64,000 nucleotides of DNA from Eubacteriales bacterium (lineage in GTDB: Bacteria; Bacillota; Clostridia; Oscillospirales; UBA644). Positions 29,053-38,068 of this stretch are shown here, piece after piece. Positions within the stretch are counted from its first letter, which is position 1. Each line of letters opens with the position of its first letter. The position numbers were made by a program, and so were the translations under genes. The stretch spans positions 64,743 to 128,742 of the forward strand of contig JAZUMQ010000049.1 in the NCBI GenBank assembly GCA_045603745.1, in the 5' to 3' direction. The notes under the pieces are model-generated. The model made no database searches. It was not told the DNA's origin and worked only from the letters and a program-made list of their open reading frames with translations.

Positions 29053-30477
29053 TTATTCTTTTCCGTTCCAACAATAGGTACACAGATCCTCCGCGGGAAG
29101 ACCAATGGATTCGATCAACCCTTCCAAGGATTGGAATTCCAGAGACGCAAAGTGGAATTTATCGCAGATGGTTTGACGGAGTTTTTTGCCTCGCTCCGTG
29201 CGGCCGTCCCGATATTCGTCGATATACTTTTCTCCTTCTTCCCCTTCCAGTTCGTAGATGGTACGTCGAGCGATCAGATCCATCTCTCCGTTGGATCGAG
29301 AGAAGTTCAAATATTTACAGGGATAAAGAATCGGGGGGCAGGCGGAACGCATATGAACGGCCTTGGCTCCGTGAGAATAGAGAAAATCTACAGTACCCTT
29401 CAACTGAGTTCCCCGAACGATAGAGTCGTCTACAAAGAGCAGAGATTTATCCCGAATCAATTCGTGAACGGGGATTTGTTTCATGGTGGCGATCTTCAGT
29501 CGGTCACTTTGTCGGGTAGGGGTAAAAGAACGGGACCACGTAGGGGTATACTTGATGAACGCACGGGCAAAGGGGATCCGGCTTTTATTGGCGTAACCGA
29601 TGGCATGGGGAGTTCCGGAATCGGGAACACCGCCGACGTAGTCCACGCCTTCGGCATTGCCCACCCGTTGATCGTTGCGTGCCATGATCTCACCGTTGCG
29701 GTAGCGCATCATTTCCACGTTGACTCCTTCGTAGGTGGAGGCGGAAAAACCGAAATAACTCCACAGGAAGGAACAAATTTTCTTTTTCGTTCCGGGTGCA
29801 GCCAGTTGAGTTACGCCGTCGCACGTGACCGAGACGATTTCCCCCGGTCCCAATTCCTTGCAACATTCATAACCCAGTTTTTCGCAGACGTAAGACTCTA
29901 AAGAAAGGCAATAACCGTCCTCGCTCTTTCCCACGTGAATGGGAAGTCTGCCCAATTTATCCCGGGCGGCGAGAATAGAACCGTCATTGAGAAGAATCAG
30001 CAGATTGACCGTACCGTCAATCACTTCCTGAGCAAAACGGATCCCTTCCACAAAACTGTCTTTTTGATTGATTAAAGCCGCCACAAGTTCCGTATTGTTG
30101 ACATGTCCGCCGGTCATGGCGTTGAAATGGCCGCCGCCCACGTTCAGATACCGATCGATCAACGCATCGGCGTTATTGATAATGCCGGTAAAACAAACAG
30201 CGCCGATACCGAGCCTGGAACGAATGAGAAGCGGTTGCGGTTCGTAATCACTGATACAACCGATGGCGGAACAGCCCTTCATCTCTTCAAAAACGTCCTC
30301 AAATTTGGTGCGGAAAGGGGAATTTTCAATGTTGTGAATTTCGCGTTGCAATCCGATGACCGGGTCATAAGATGCCATACCGGCACGGCGAGTGCCTAAA
30401 TGGGAGTGGTAGTCCGTGCCGAAAAAAACGTCGGCGACGGCATCGTGTTTGCACGCAGCGCCAAAATATCCACCCAT
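29053..30477 (-). CDS. purF: Amidophosphoribosyltransferase
   Basis: 474 aa with a PRPP-binding loop (LLFVDDSIVRGTQ) and C-terminal Cys residues for a 4Fe-4S cluster. The N-terminal region is atypical (MGGYFGAAC...). Confidence 0.9.
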   Translation of the reverse strand: MGGYFGAACKHDAVADVFFGTDYHSHLGTRRAGMASYDPVIGLQREIHNIENSPFRTKFEDVFEEMKGCSAIGCISDYEPQPLLIRSRLGIGAVCFTGIINNADALIDRYLNVGGGHFNAMTGGHVNNTELVAALINQKDSFVEGIRFAQEVIDGTVNLLILLNDGSILAARDKLGRLPIHVGKSEDGYCLSLESYVCEKLGYECCKELGPGEIVSVTCDGVTQLAAPGTKKKICSFLWSYFGFSASTYEGVNVEMMRYRNGEIMARNDQRVGNAEGVDYVGGVPDSGTPHAIGYANKSRIPFARAFIKYTPTWSRSFTPTRQSDRLKIATMKQIPVHELIRDKSLLFVDDSIVRGTQLKGTVDFLYSHGAKAVHMRSACPPILYPCKYLNFSRSNGEMDLIARRTIYELEGEEGEKYIDEYRDGRTERGKKLRQTICDKFHFASLEFQSLEGLIESIGLPAEDLCTYCWNGKE

Positions 30478-30510
30478 ATTTGGTAAGATCCTCCATAGGA
30501 AATTTTAAGT

Positions 30511-30541
30511 CGGACCGCACATACAGGGGGTGTGCGGTCCG
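30511..30541 (-). other. GC-rich intra-operon hairpin between purC and purF
   Basis: CGGACCGCACA-9 nt-TGTGCGGTCCG, an 11-bp perfect stem. In the minus-strand transcript it is preceded, not followed, by U6. Confidence 0.5.
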
Positions 30542-30553
30542 AAAAAAGATAAA

Positions 30554-31243
30554 TCAAGCAAAGAACAATTTGTTCAAGGTCAGAGGATCGACGTATTCGC
30601 CGTCCTTATAAACACGCATATTGCCCGACGCAATTTCGTCGATGAGCATCACTTCACCGTTTTCGTCGTATCCGAATTCAAACTTAATATCGTACATATC
30701 CAGACCTTTTTCTTTCAGGTCGTCGGCAACGATTTTGGTGATGGCTTGGGTCATGGCTTTCAGAGAATCGTACTGTTCCGCAGTCATCACACCCAGATCC
30801 ACAAGGCCGTCTTTTGTTACCAGAGGATCGCCCTTGGCATCGTTTTTAAAGGTGGTTTCCACGTAAGCGGGAAGATCGGCACCTTCTTCAATATAATCGG
30901 AATAACGGCGGTAGAAAGAACCGACGGCTTTGTAGCGGCAAATCACTTCCAACCCTTTTCCAAAAGCTTTGGCGGGAAGAACTTCCATGGTGGTATCCTT
31001 CAAATTTGCGCTGACGTAATGGGTCTTAATGCCGGCGGCATTGATTTTTTCAAAAAAGTAGATGGACATGCGCAGATTGACGTCGCCCACCCCTTCGATG
31101 GTGAGACCCACGGTATTTTCGCCGGGATCGAAAACACCGTCCTTGCCGGTGCAATCATCTTTGAATTTGAGCAGGTAATTTCCGTTGTCGAGAGCGTAAA
31201 CGTTCTTGGTTTTGCCGGTGTAGACGAGTTTGAGATTTTCCAT
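30554..31243 (-). CDS. purC: Phosphoribosylaminoimidazole-succinocarboxamide synthase
   Basis: 229 aa: [16 protein letters not shown]..., SAICAR synthetase family. Confidence 0.92.
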   Translation of the reverse strand: MENLKLVYTGKTKNVYALDNGNYLLKFKDDCTGKDGVFDPGENTVGLTIEGVGDVNLRMSIYFFEKINAAGIKTHYVSANLKDTTMEVLPAKAFGKGLEVICRYKAVGSFYRRYSDYIEEGADLPAYVETTFKNDAKGDPLVTKDGLVDLGVMTAEQYDSLKAMTQAITKIVADDLKEKGLDMYDIKFEFGYDENGEVMLIDEIASGNMRVYKDGEYVDPLTLNKLFFA

Positions 31244-31291
31244 GGTTTGTACCTCTTTCGTAAAAGAATTATAACAGGGTTAAATAAAAAC

Positions 31292-31786
31292 TCAGTGATT
31301 GAATTCCGCTTCCACGGCGGCATTCTTGCCACGGACGGCATCTGCGTCGGCGAGGCGCTTGGCATCTAATTTCGCCGCAAGTTCAGTATCGGATACCGCC
31401 AAAATCTGAAGGGCGAGCAGGGCAGCATTTCCTCCGCCGTTGACGGCGACGGTCGCCACGGGGATTCCCGTAGGCATCTGAACGGTGGAAAGAAGAGCGT
31501 CCATACCGCTTAACGGTCCGGACTCTGCGGGGATTCCGATGACCGGAAGGGTGGTATTTGCCGCCAAAGCCCCGGCAAGATGGGCAGCCATACCGGCGAC
31601 GGCAATAATGGCACCAAATCCGTTGGCGCGGGCATTGAGCGCAAAATCCCGGGCCTCCACCGGAGTGCGGTGGGCAGAATACACGTGGACTTCATAGGGA
31701 GCCTCAAAGGAATCCAAAATTGCGGTGGCTTTCCGAATCACAGGAAGATCGCTGTCACTCCCCATGACGATACCGATTTTTTTCAT
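31292..31786 (-). CDS. purE: 5-(carboxyamino)imidazole ribonucleotide mutase
   Basis: Starts at ATG 31784-31786 behind AAGGAGAAAA (MKKIGIVMGSDSDLPV...). The 49-codon extension in the track ORF covers the riboswitch. Confidence 0.93.
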   Translation of the reverse strand: MKKIGIVMGSDSDLPVIRKATAILDSFEAPYEVHVYSAHRTPVEARDFALNARANGFGAIIAVAGMAAHLAGALAANTTLPVIGIPAESGPLSGMDALLSTVQMPTGIPVATVAVNGGGNAALLALQILAVSDTELAAKLDAKRLADADAVRGKNAAVEAEFNH

Positions 31787-31807
31787 AGGTTTTTCTCCTT
31801 CCAGTAA

Positions 31808-31843
31808 ATAAAAAAGGGCACGCTCCCCTTCGGAAGTGTGCCC
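31808..31843 (-). terminator. Intrinsic terminator, expression platform of the ZTP riboswitch
   Basis: Minus strand: GGGCAC-a-CUUCC-gaag-GGGAG-c-GUGCCC followed by U6. The 5' arm overlaps the conserved CUGGGCA of the aptamer. Confidence 0.8.
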
Positions 31844-31906
31844 AGACGGTCGGCAATACAGGTTCTTTGCTTCATGTGGTAATCCACTTCCGTCAGTCGC
31901 AAAGAA
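31839..31906 (-). promoter_or_regulatory. ZTP riboswitch aptamer (pfl motif)
   Basis: Minus strand: UUCUUUGC-GACUGACGGAA-GUGG-AUUA-CCAC-AUGAA-GCAAAGAA-linker-GCCGACCGUCUGGGCA. P1 and P2 pair, and both conserved boxes (GACUGRCGG..., CCGACCGYCUGGGC) match the class as I remember it. Confidence 0.85.
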
Positions 31907-31941
31907 TCGAAGCGAACAACCCGGACGGGCCATCCGTATAT

Positions 31942-31970
31942 ATTATAACATAATACCATAAAATTGTCAA
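31942..31970 (-). promoter_or_regulatory. Perfect consensus promoter of the pur operon
   Basis: Minus strand: TTGACA (31965-31970), 17 nt, TATAAT (31942-31947). Confidence 0.7.
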
Positions 31971-32029
31971 TCGTGTAAATTGCAAAATATTTCAAACAAA
32001 TTCGACGGCATTTTCGGTATCTTTCGCCA

Positions 32030-32503
32030 TCATTCTTTTTCGGTAACGGAATATCCGCGGTTGCTCAAGATATTTTTCAATTCTTCCATGAAAGATTCCG
32101 TATCCTTGAACTGGCGATAAACGGAGGCATAACGAACGTAGGCGACGTCATCGATCTCCCGCAATTTTTCCATGACCATTTCGCCGATGCGGGAAGAAGA
32201 AACTTCCTTGTCCAGATCGCTGACCAGGGCATTTTCAATGTCTGCGGCAGACTGTTCCAGAACCGTATACGGAATGGGACGTTTTCCGCAGGCTTTCAGC
32301 ATACTGGACAAAATCTTTTCCCGATCGAAAATCTCGCGGGATTTATCTTTTTTCACCACGACCAAGGGGGAATGTTCCACCACTTCAAAGGTCGTGAATC
32401 GCCGAGCGCAGGCTTCACATTCCCGACGGCGCTTGATCCGATCGTCAGAATGGCGGGAATCCAAAACCTTACTGTCCATACAACCGCAATAAGGGCACTT
32501 CAT
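32030..32503 (-). CDS. nrdR: Transcriptional repressor NrdR
   Basis: Starts at ATG 32501-32503 (MKCPYCGCMDSKVLDSR...) with a zinc ribbon and an ATP-cone. SD GGAGAAGGAG. Confidence 0.93.
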   Translation of the reverse strand: MKCPYCGCMDSKVLDSRHSDDRIKRRRECEACARRFTTFEVVEHSPLVVVKKDKSREIFDREKILSSMLKACGKRPIPYTVLEQSAADIENALVSDLDKEVSSSRIGEMVMEKLREIDDVAYVRYASVYRQFKDTESFMEELKNILSNRGYSVTEKE

Positions 32504-32611
32504 GAGCATTCTCCTTCTCCCGAGGAATAAACCTCCGGGGCAAGACATTTATTGATATTAGCATTATACATCAAAATCCTTGGTTTGTCAAGTGGAGAAG
32601 GAGAGAATACC

Positions 32612-33184
32612 ATGCTGAAACGGTTGCGGGTGTTGGGGGCGATCCCCGTCTTTCCGGGGGTGTTGATCTTGGGGGCAATGATCCTCGGATTCCCCTGGGT
32701 AAAAATACTGCTTTTGGGACTTTTGGCATTGGGAAGTGCTTTTTTGTGTGCCGTCATTCTTTACCCAAAACAAGACCCTGCCATTCCGGGCAGTTGGCAT
32801 CGGGATCTGAGACAGTTGCGACGGACTGTGGAAAAAATCAAGAATCGCACCGTTTACAGGGGCGGGCACGACATTGTCACGGAATTGAAGCAATGCGAAA
32901 ACAGTATCCCCTTTTTATCCCAGTCGGCACGGCGGGAGATTACGGAATATTATCTTCCCACGTTTTTGAGATACTTTACAGCTTATGCAACATTTGAAGA
33001 ATGTAACGAAGGAAATCCGTCGGTATTAGCGACCATGGCACAAATGGAACAGGCAATAGAAGAAATTGCATCAAATTTCCGAAAAACCTGCGACCGGAAC
33101 GATCGAACCGCCAGCCTGAACGTTCATGCGGAAACGGCGCTGTTATATAAAAAATTAAACCAAAAGGAGCAACGCAATGGATAA
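32612..33184 (+). CDS. xpaC: XpaC-like membrane protein (5-bromo-4-chloroindolyl phosphate hydrolysis protein family)
   Basis: Starts at ATG 32612 behind GGAGAAGGAGAG. Two N-terminal TM helices and a helical C-domain. Paired with telA as in Bacillus yaaN/xpaC. Confidence 0.7.
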   Translation: MLKRLRVLGAIPVFPGVLILGAMILGFPWVKILLLGLLALGSAFLCAVILYPKQDPAIPGSWHRDLRQLRRTVEKIKNRTVYRGGHDIVTELKQCENSIPFLSQSARREITEYYLPTFLRYFTAYATFEECNEGNPSVLATMAQMEQAIEEIASNFRKTCDRNDRTASLNVHAETALLYKKLNQKEQRNG

Positions 33185-34184
33185 GATCAATTCCAAAACC
33201 GTTCCCCCATTAAACGACGTGAACGGGGTGCTGAATTACGGTGCCGACGCTCAGGCGAGGGTAGCGGAATTTTCGGAGATCGCTCTGGAAAATCTAAAAG
33301 CAAAAGATTTGGGAGAAGTCAGTGGAAAGATTGCGGAACTGATCGTCAAACTAAAGGACACCGACCCGGAAGAAAAGTCCGGAATGATGCGAATTTTCCG
33401 AAAGCCAGCGGCGACGGCGGAAGGATTAAAAAGCCGGTATCGACGCGCCTGTGAAGCGGTGGACAAAATTGCGCTTTCCTTACAGGGGCATCGGGATCTT
33501 TTGATGAAAGACATTGAAATGCTGGAAATGTTGTACGCAATGAATCGGGAACAATATGAGAACCTGACCTCCTATCTGGAAGAAGGCAGATCGGCATTGA
33601 AAAAATTCCGGGAAGAAACGGCGATTCCCTTGCAGAAACAAGCGGAAGAAAGCGGGGATCCGACAGATGCACAAGCCGTCCGGGACGCCATGGAACAATG
33701 CGACCGATTTGAAAAAAAGCTTCATGATCTGGAGCTGACCCGCGCGGTCTCATTGCAAATGGCGCCACAGATCCGTATGCTTCAAAACAACAATACGGTC
33801 ATGGCGGAAAAGATTCAATCTTCCGTCGTCAACACGATCCCTTTATGGAAAAGCCAGATGGTATTGACGTTGGGAATGGAGAATTCCCGATCTGCCATTG
33901 AAATGCAAGCAAAAGTCACCGATATTACCGATGCTCTCCTGCGCAGAAACGCCCAATCTCTGAAAGAAACAACCCTTTCCGTCACTCGGGAAGCGGAACG
34001 GGGGTGCGTCAACGTCAGCACGTTAAAAGAGACCAACGCCCTTTTGATTGATACTTTGGACGAAATGCTGAAGCTTCGAGATGAAGGCCGAAGAGCACGA
34101 AAGGAAGCGGAAGCGGAACTGCGAAAACTGGATCAGGAAATCCGATTACGTCTGATCGGAAAAACAGAAAAGCAGTCGGTATAA
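33177..34184 (+). CDS. telA: Toxic anion resistance protein, TelA/YaaN family
   Basis: 335 aa, all-helical, typical TelA length and context. Overlaps xpaC by 8 nt. Confidence 0.8.
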   Translation: MDKINSKTVPPLNDVNGVLNYGADAQARVAEFSEIALENLKAKDLGEVSGKIAELIVKLKDTDPEEKSGMMRIFRKPAATAEGLKSRYRRACEAVDKIALSLQGHRDLLMKDIEMLEMLYAMNREQYENLTSYLEEGRSALKKFREETAIPLQKQAEESGDPTDAQAVRDAMEQCDRFEKKLHDLELTRAVSLQMAPQIRMLQNNNTVMAEKIQSSVVNTIPLWKSQMVLTLGMENSRSAIEMQAKVTDITDALLRRNAQSLKETTLSVTREAERGCVNVSTLKETNALLIDTLDEMLKLRDEGRRARKEAEAELRKLDQEIRLRLIGKTEKQSV

Positions 34185-34192
34185 AGGCAAAA

Positions 34193-34230
34193 ACCGGGAA
34201 GAAATACTCTTCCCGGTAATTTTTATTTTT
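34193..34230. terminator. Bidirectional terminator between telA and ispD
   Basis: ACCGGGAAGA-aatac-TCTTCCCGGT followed by AATTTTTATTTTT, with an A-run upstream. Confidence 0.7.
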
Positions 34231-34897
34231 CCCTGCGGTTCAACAGTACCTGTTGCGCTCGAACGGCGTCCTCTTTGGTTGTAATCTTGAAATTCTCTCC
34301 TTGGCAAGGAATCATTTTCACCCTCCCTCCGGCGGCGCGAACCATACCCGCGTCGTCGGTGTATTGTTCCGTAGCCTCAAGGCAAGCCTTTTGATACAAA
34401 GAATACTCGAAGATCTGGGGGGTTGCAGCTGCCATAAGGGTTTCCCGATTGGGGGTTCGCAGAATAAACCCCTCCTCGTCCACCTGTTGAATCGTATCGA
34501 CCACAGGTGTTCCGGCACAGACCCCATCGTACTTCAGTGCATTACGGTGCAACCGGTCGATCTCTTCCGGTAAAATCAAGGGACGGGCGGCATCGTGAAC
34601 CGAAACATAATCACATTTCGGAAGTGCCGAAAGTCCGCAGATTACCGATTCTTGACGGGTTTTTCCCCCTTCCACCACGGCGATGACCTTGGGAAATTCC
34701 GCCGTTAATTCCCGAACGAAACAAAGACTTTCTTTCCGTGTAGAAACGACGATCGCGGTAACTGTTTTCGCCTGTTGAAAGGCTTGTAGCGTATACCACA
34801 GAACCGGCTTCCCGCAAAGGTCAAACATCAATTTATCTTCCCCGAACCGAGCACCCGATCCGGCGGCAGGAATAATTACTCCAAAGGTTTTTGCCAT
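34223..34897 (-). CDS. ispD: 2-C-methyl-D-erythritol 4-phosphate cytidylyltransferase
   Basis: Starts at ATG 34895-34897 (MAKTFGVIIPAAGSGARFG...). About 224 aa. The track's N-terminal extension is AT-rich non-coding sequence. Confidence 0.9.
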   Translation of the reverse strand: MAKTFGVIIPAAGSGARFGEDKLMFDLCGKPVLWYTLQAFQQAKTVTAIVVSTRKESLCFVRELTAEFPKVIAVVEGGKTRQESVICGLSALPKCDYVSVHDAARPLILPEEIDRLHRNALKYDGVCAGTPVVDTIQQVDEEGFILRTPNRETLMAAATPQIFEYSLYQKACLEATEQYTDDAGMVRAAGGRVKMIPCQGENFKITTKEDAVRAQQVLLNRREK

Positions 34898-35084
34898 AAT
34901 ATGCTCCCATATTTCCGAAATAACGTTATAGTTTTGCACTTTACATTTTGCATTCCCATTATACCATTCCGGAGAGAAATTGTCAAGATAGGACGGACTT
35001 TTCAGAAATGTCACGATTTTGTGGCGAATTCTTAATATTATCATAGTATTATAAAAATATACGTTACGAAAGGACCGTTGAATT

Positions 35085-35726
35085 ATGGTTAAGATCTCCC
35101 CTTCTCTTTTGGCATCGGACTTTGCAAATCTGAAAAGTGAAATCGAAAGCATTTCCACGGCGGATTATCTGCACGTGGACGTGATGGACGGTCTGTTCGT
35201 CCCCAACATTGCCATCGGATTGCCCACAACCCAAGCGATTCGGCGCTCCACGAAAACGCCCTTGGACGTGCATCTGATGATCACCCACCCTCAGGATTAC
35301 ATTGAAGCCTTTGCAAAGGCGGGGGCAGATATTATTTCTTTCCACGTGGAAAGCGATTGCGACATTGACCAGTGCATCGCAAAAATCAAGGCTTGCGGAA
35401 AAAAGCCGGGACTTGTCATCAATCCCGCTACCCCAATTGATCCCATTTTACCCCGGTTGAAAGATCTGTATTTGGTTCTGGTTATGACCGTAGAACCGGG
35501 CTTTGGCGGGCAAAAATGCAAGGAAGAATGTTTTGATAAAGTCCGGGCCCTGCGGGAAAAGATCACCCAAGAGGGGTGGAGCACCCATATCGAGGTGGAC
35601 GGCGGAATTACCGCAGAAAACGCACCGTTGGCGATTGAAGCCGGAGCCGATATTTTAGTTGCCGGATCCTCGGTCTTCAAGGCATCCGACCGAAACGCTG
35701 CCATTGCTGAATTGAAAGGAAACTGA
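35085..35726 (+). CDS. rpe: Ribulose-phosphate 3-epimerase
   Basis: 213 aa: KISPSLLASDFANL..., HVDVMDG, MTVEPGFGGQ. Confidence 0.95.
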   Translation: MVKISPSLLASDFANLKSEIESISTADYLHVDVMDGLFVPNIAIGLPTTQAIRRSTKTPLDVHLMITHPQDYIEAFAKAGADIISFHVESDCDIDQCIAKIKACGKKPGLVINPATPIDPILPRLKDLYLVLVMTVEPGFGGQKCKEECFDKVRALREKITQEGWSTHIEVDGGITAENAPLAIEAGADILVAGSSVFKASDRNAAIAELKGN

Positions 35727-35729
35727 ATC

Positions 35730-36353
35730 ATGTTTTTCACACCGCCTTATGAAAAAACCATTCGAGAAGTTACCGTAGACATTCGCAATTATATCACAGC
35801 ACCGGAATCCACCGTGGTAGTCAATATGGATACCATCAACGGATTTTTCAAAAAGGGAAAATTGGCATCGAACCGCCTGAAATCCATTATCCCCCAGATC
35901 AAACAGGTGAACGAATATTATCTGGACAGTCCAAAAATATTTTTTGTGGATACTCATACTCAAGACTCCGAAGAATTCGACACCTATCCGGAACATTGCG
36001 TGGACAAGTACGAGCAGGAAGTGATTTCCGAATTGGAATCCTTTGCGGAAGTGGGAGAAGTTATTCCAAAGAACTCCACCAACGGATTTTTCTGCAAGGA
36101 ATTCTTGGTTTGGCTTGCGAAACACAAGGAAATTGAGAACATCGTTATCGTTGGGGGTTGCACCGATATTTGCGTTATGCAGTTTGCCCTCACCATTCGT
36201 GCTTATTGGAACGAAAGCAACAACAATAATCGAATCATCGTCATCGAAAACGCGGTACAAACCTACCACGACGACATTCATAACGGCGATATGATGCACT
36301 ATTTTGCGCTGTTCAATATGTATATGAACGGCATCAAGATCGCCCGTCTGTAA
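35730..36353 (+). CDS. Isochorismatase-family cysteine hydrolase
   Basis: 207 aa: VVVNMDTINGF, VDTH, IVGGCTDICV (catalytic Cys). Confidence 0.75.
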   Translation: MFFTPPYEKTIREVTVDIRNYITAPESTVVVNMDTINGFFKKGKLASNRLKSIIPQIKQVNEYYLDSPKIFFVDTHTQDSEEFDTYPEHCVDKYEQEVISELESFAEVGEVIPKNSTNGFFCKEFLVWLAKHKEIENIVIVGGCTDICVMQFALTIRAYWNESNNNNRIIVIENAVQTYHDDIHNGDMMHYFALFNMYMNGIKIARL

Positions 36354-36355
36354 TT

Positions 36356-36709
36356 ATGGAAAAGACGCCGATTCAAAAACTATACGATCGAATTCCCACC
36401 TTTCGATGCAAGGAAGGGTGCGTGCGTTGTTGCGATAACTGGATTCAATTTGCACCGGAAGAAGAACTTCGTTGCGGCGGTTTTGATTTTTCGGAAGAAA
36501 TCTGTCCGAAATTAAAAGACGGTGGTTGCTCGGTCTACGAAGTCCGACCGTTGATCTGCCGATTATTTGCTTCCAGCGAAATTATGCCTTGTCCCTATGG
36601 GTACGGCCCGGAAAAACCGCTGAGTGAAGCGGAAACCAAAGAAATTCTACGAGAATATTTAAACCTACGAAAGGAACAGGAAGAAGGGTATGGCAAAGAC
36701 TGTAAATAA
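36356..36709 (+). CDS. YkgJ family cysteine-cluster protein (CxxCxxCC)
   Basis: 117 aa: CKEGCVRCCD ... GGCSVYEVRPLICRLF. Confidence 0.75.
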   Translation: MEKTPIQKLYDRIPTFRCKEGCVRCCDNWIQFAPEEELRCGGFDFSEEICPKLKDGGCSVYEVRPLICRLFASSEIMPCPYGYGPEKPLSEAETKEILREYLNLRKEQEEGYGKDCK

Positions 36710-38054
36710 AGCAAAGACGGTATACGTTTGCTCCGAGTGCGGAAATGAAAATCCCAAATGGGCGGGGCAATGTCCTGCCTGCGGTGCCTGGAATTCCTTT
36801 TTTGAACAGATCGTAGAACCGGATAAACCGGCAACCTTGGCAACAAAGACCGACCCTTTGAAGCGAGCTGCGCCCAAGCGTCTGCGGGAGATTACCGCAG
36901 AGAGTGAATTGCGGCAATCTACCGGAATTTCCGAATTGGATCGGGTTTTGGGAGGAGGCATCGTGAAGGGCTCGCTGATTCTGGTCAGCGGAGAACCGGG
37001 AATCGGGAAATCTACGATTTTATTGCAAATGTGTATGAAGATGCAGGATCTTCGGATCTTGTACGTTTCGGGAGAAGAATCTCCTCGGCAAATCAAGTTG
37101 CGGGCAGATCGGGTAGGGAAATATCCGGAAAACCTGTTTATCTTATCCGAAACCGACATTTCCGCCGTGATTGATCGAACCGAAGAAGCCACTCCGGACA
37201 TTCTGGTGGTGGACTCTATTCAGACCATGTACCGACAGGACATGACCTCTGCCCCCGGCTCAGTTCCCCAAGTTCGGGAATGCACCTCGGAATTGATGCG
37301 GATCGCAAAATCCATGGAAATTCCCACCTTTGTGGTCAGCCACGTAAACAAAGAAGGTGCCATCGCCGGTCCGAAGGTGATGGAACACATGGTGGACGCA
37401 GTCTTGTATTTTGAAGGAGAACGCTCCAGCGACCATCGAATTTTGCGTGCCATCAAAAACCGTTTTGGGTCGACCAATGAAATCGGTGTTTTTGAAATGA
37501 CCGAAGAGGGATTGAAAGAAATCCCCAATCCTTCGGAACTGTTTTTGTTAGACAAACCGGAAAACGTATCGGGGATTGCCACCCTTTGCGTCATGGAAGG
37601 AACGAGACCCATCATTGCAGAAGTACAGACGTTGGTTTCCAAAACGCCCTTTCCCTCTCCCAGAAGAACGGCAGTTGGATTCGACTATCAACGATTGAAT
37701 CTGATCTTAGCCGTGTTGGAACGGCGATGCGGGTTATTCTTCGGAACCAGCGACGTATACGTCAACGTCATCGGAGGATTGCGATTGGACGAACCAGCAG
37801 CGGATCTGGGAGTTGCCATGGCAATTATCTCGGCGGCAAAAGACTTCGTATTGCCGGAAAAGACCATCTTTATCGGAGAAATCGGTCTTGCGGGAGAATT
37901 ACGTGCCGTTTCGGGAATCGAAAAAAGATTGCACGAAGCGGCTTCGTTGGGCTTTACCCGTGCTGTGATTCCGGCACGAAACCGCCCCAAAGGAACTTTC
38001 AATCTGGAAATCTTACCGGCGTACTCCATTAAAGATGTTTTAAACAAAGTTTAA
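36690..38054 (+). CDS. radA: DNA repair protein RadA
   Basis: 454 aa with a zinc finger (CSECGNENPKWAGQCPACGAWNSF), Walker A GEPGIGKST, KNRFG, and a Lon-like C-domain. Confidence 0.95.
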   Translation: MAKTVNKAKTVYVCSECGNENPKWAGQCPACGAWNSFFEQIVEPDKPATLATKTDPLKRAAPKRLREITAESELRQSTGISELDRVLGGGIVKGSLILVSGEPGIGKSTILLQMCMKMQDLRILYVSGEESPRQIKLRADRVGKYPENLFILSETDISAVIDRTEEATPDILVVDSIQTMYRQDMTSAPGSVPQVRECTSELMRIAKSMEIPTFVVSHVNKEGAIAGPKVMEHMVDAVLYFEGERSSDHRILRAIKNRFGSTNEIGVFEMTEEGLKEIPNPSELFLLDKPENVSGIATLCVMEGTRPIIAEVQTLVSKTPFPSPRRTAVGFDYQRLNLILAVLERRCGLFFGTSDVYVNVIGGLRLDEPAADLGVAMAIISAAKDFVLPEKTIFIGEIGLAGELRAVSGIEKRLHEAASLGFTRAVIPARNRPKGTFNLEILPAYSIKDVLNKV

Positions 38055-38068
38055 GAGGTTTTTTTGCT

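Noticed and set aside
31292-31933. Long N-terminal extensions of track ORFs: purE to 31933, ispD to 35158, DUF1385 to 44365, asnS from 776, ylmH from 58367, nrdR to 32548, HMA to 16014, and others.
   Set aside because: The extensions cover promoters, the riboswitch or neighbouring genes and lack SDs. Internal ATGs with good SDs give proteins of canonical length and canonical N-termini.
31787-31941. Purine (guanine/adenine) riboswitch upstream of purE.
   Set aside because: The leader lacks the purine-riboswitch three-way junction and loop-loop consensus. It matches the two-subdomain ZTP/pfl pattern instead (GACUGACGG...CCAC...CCGACCGUCUGGGCA).
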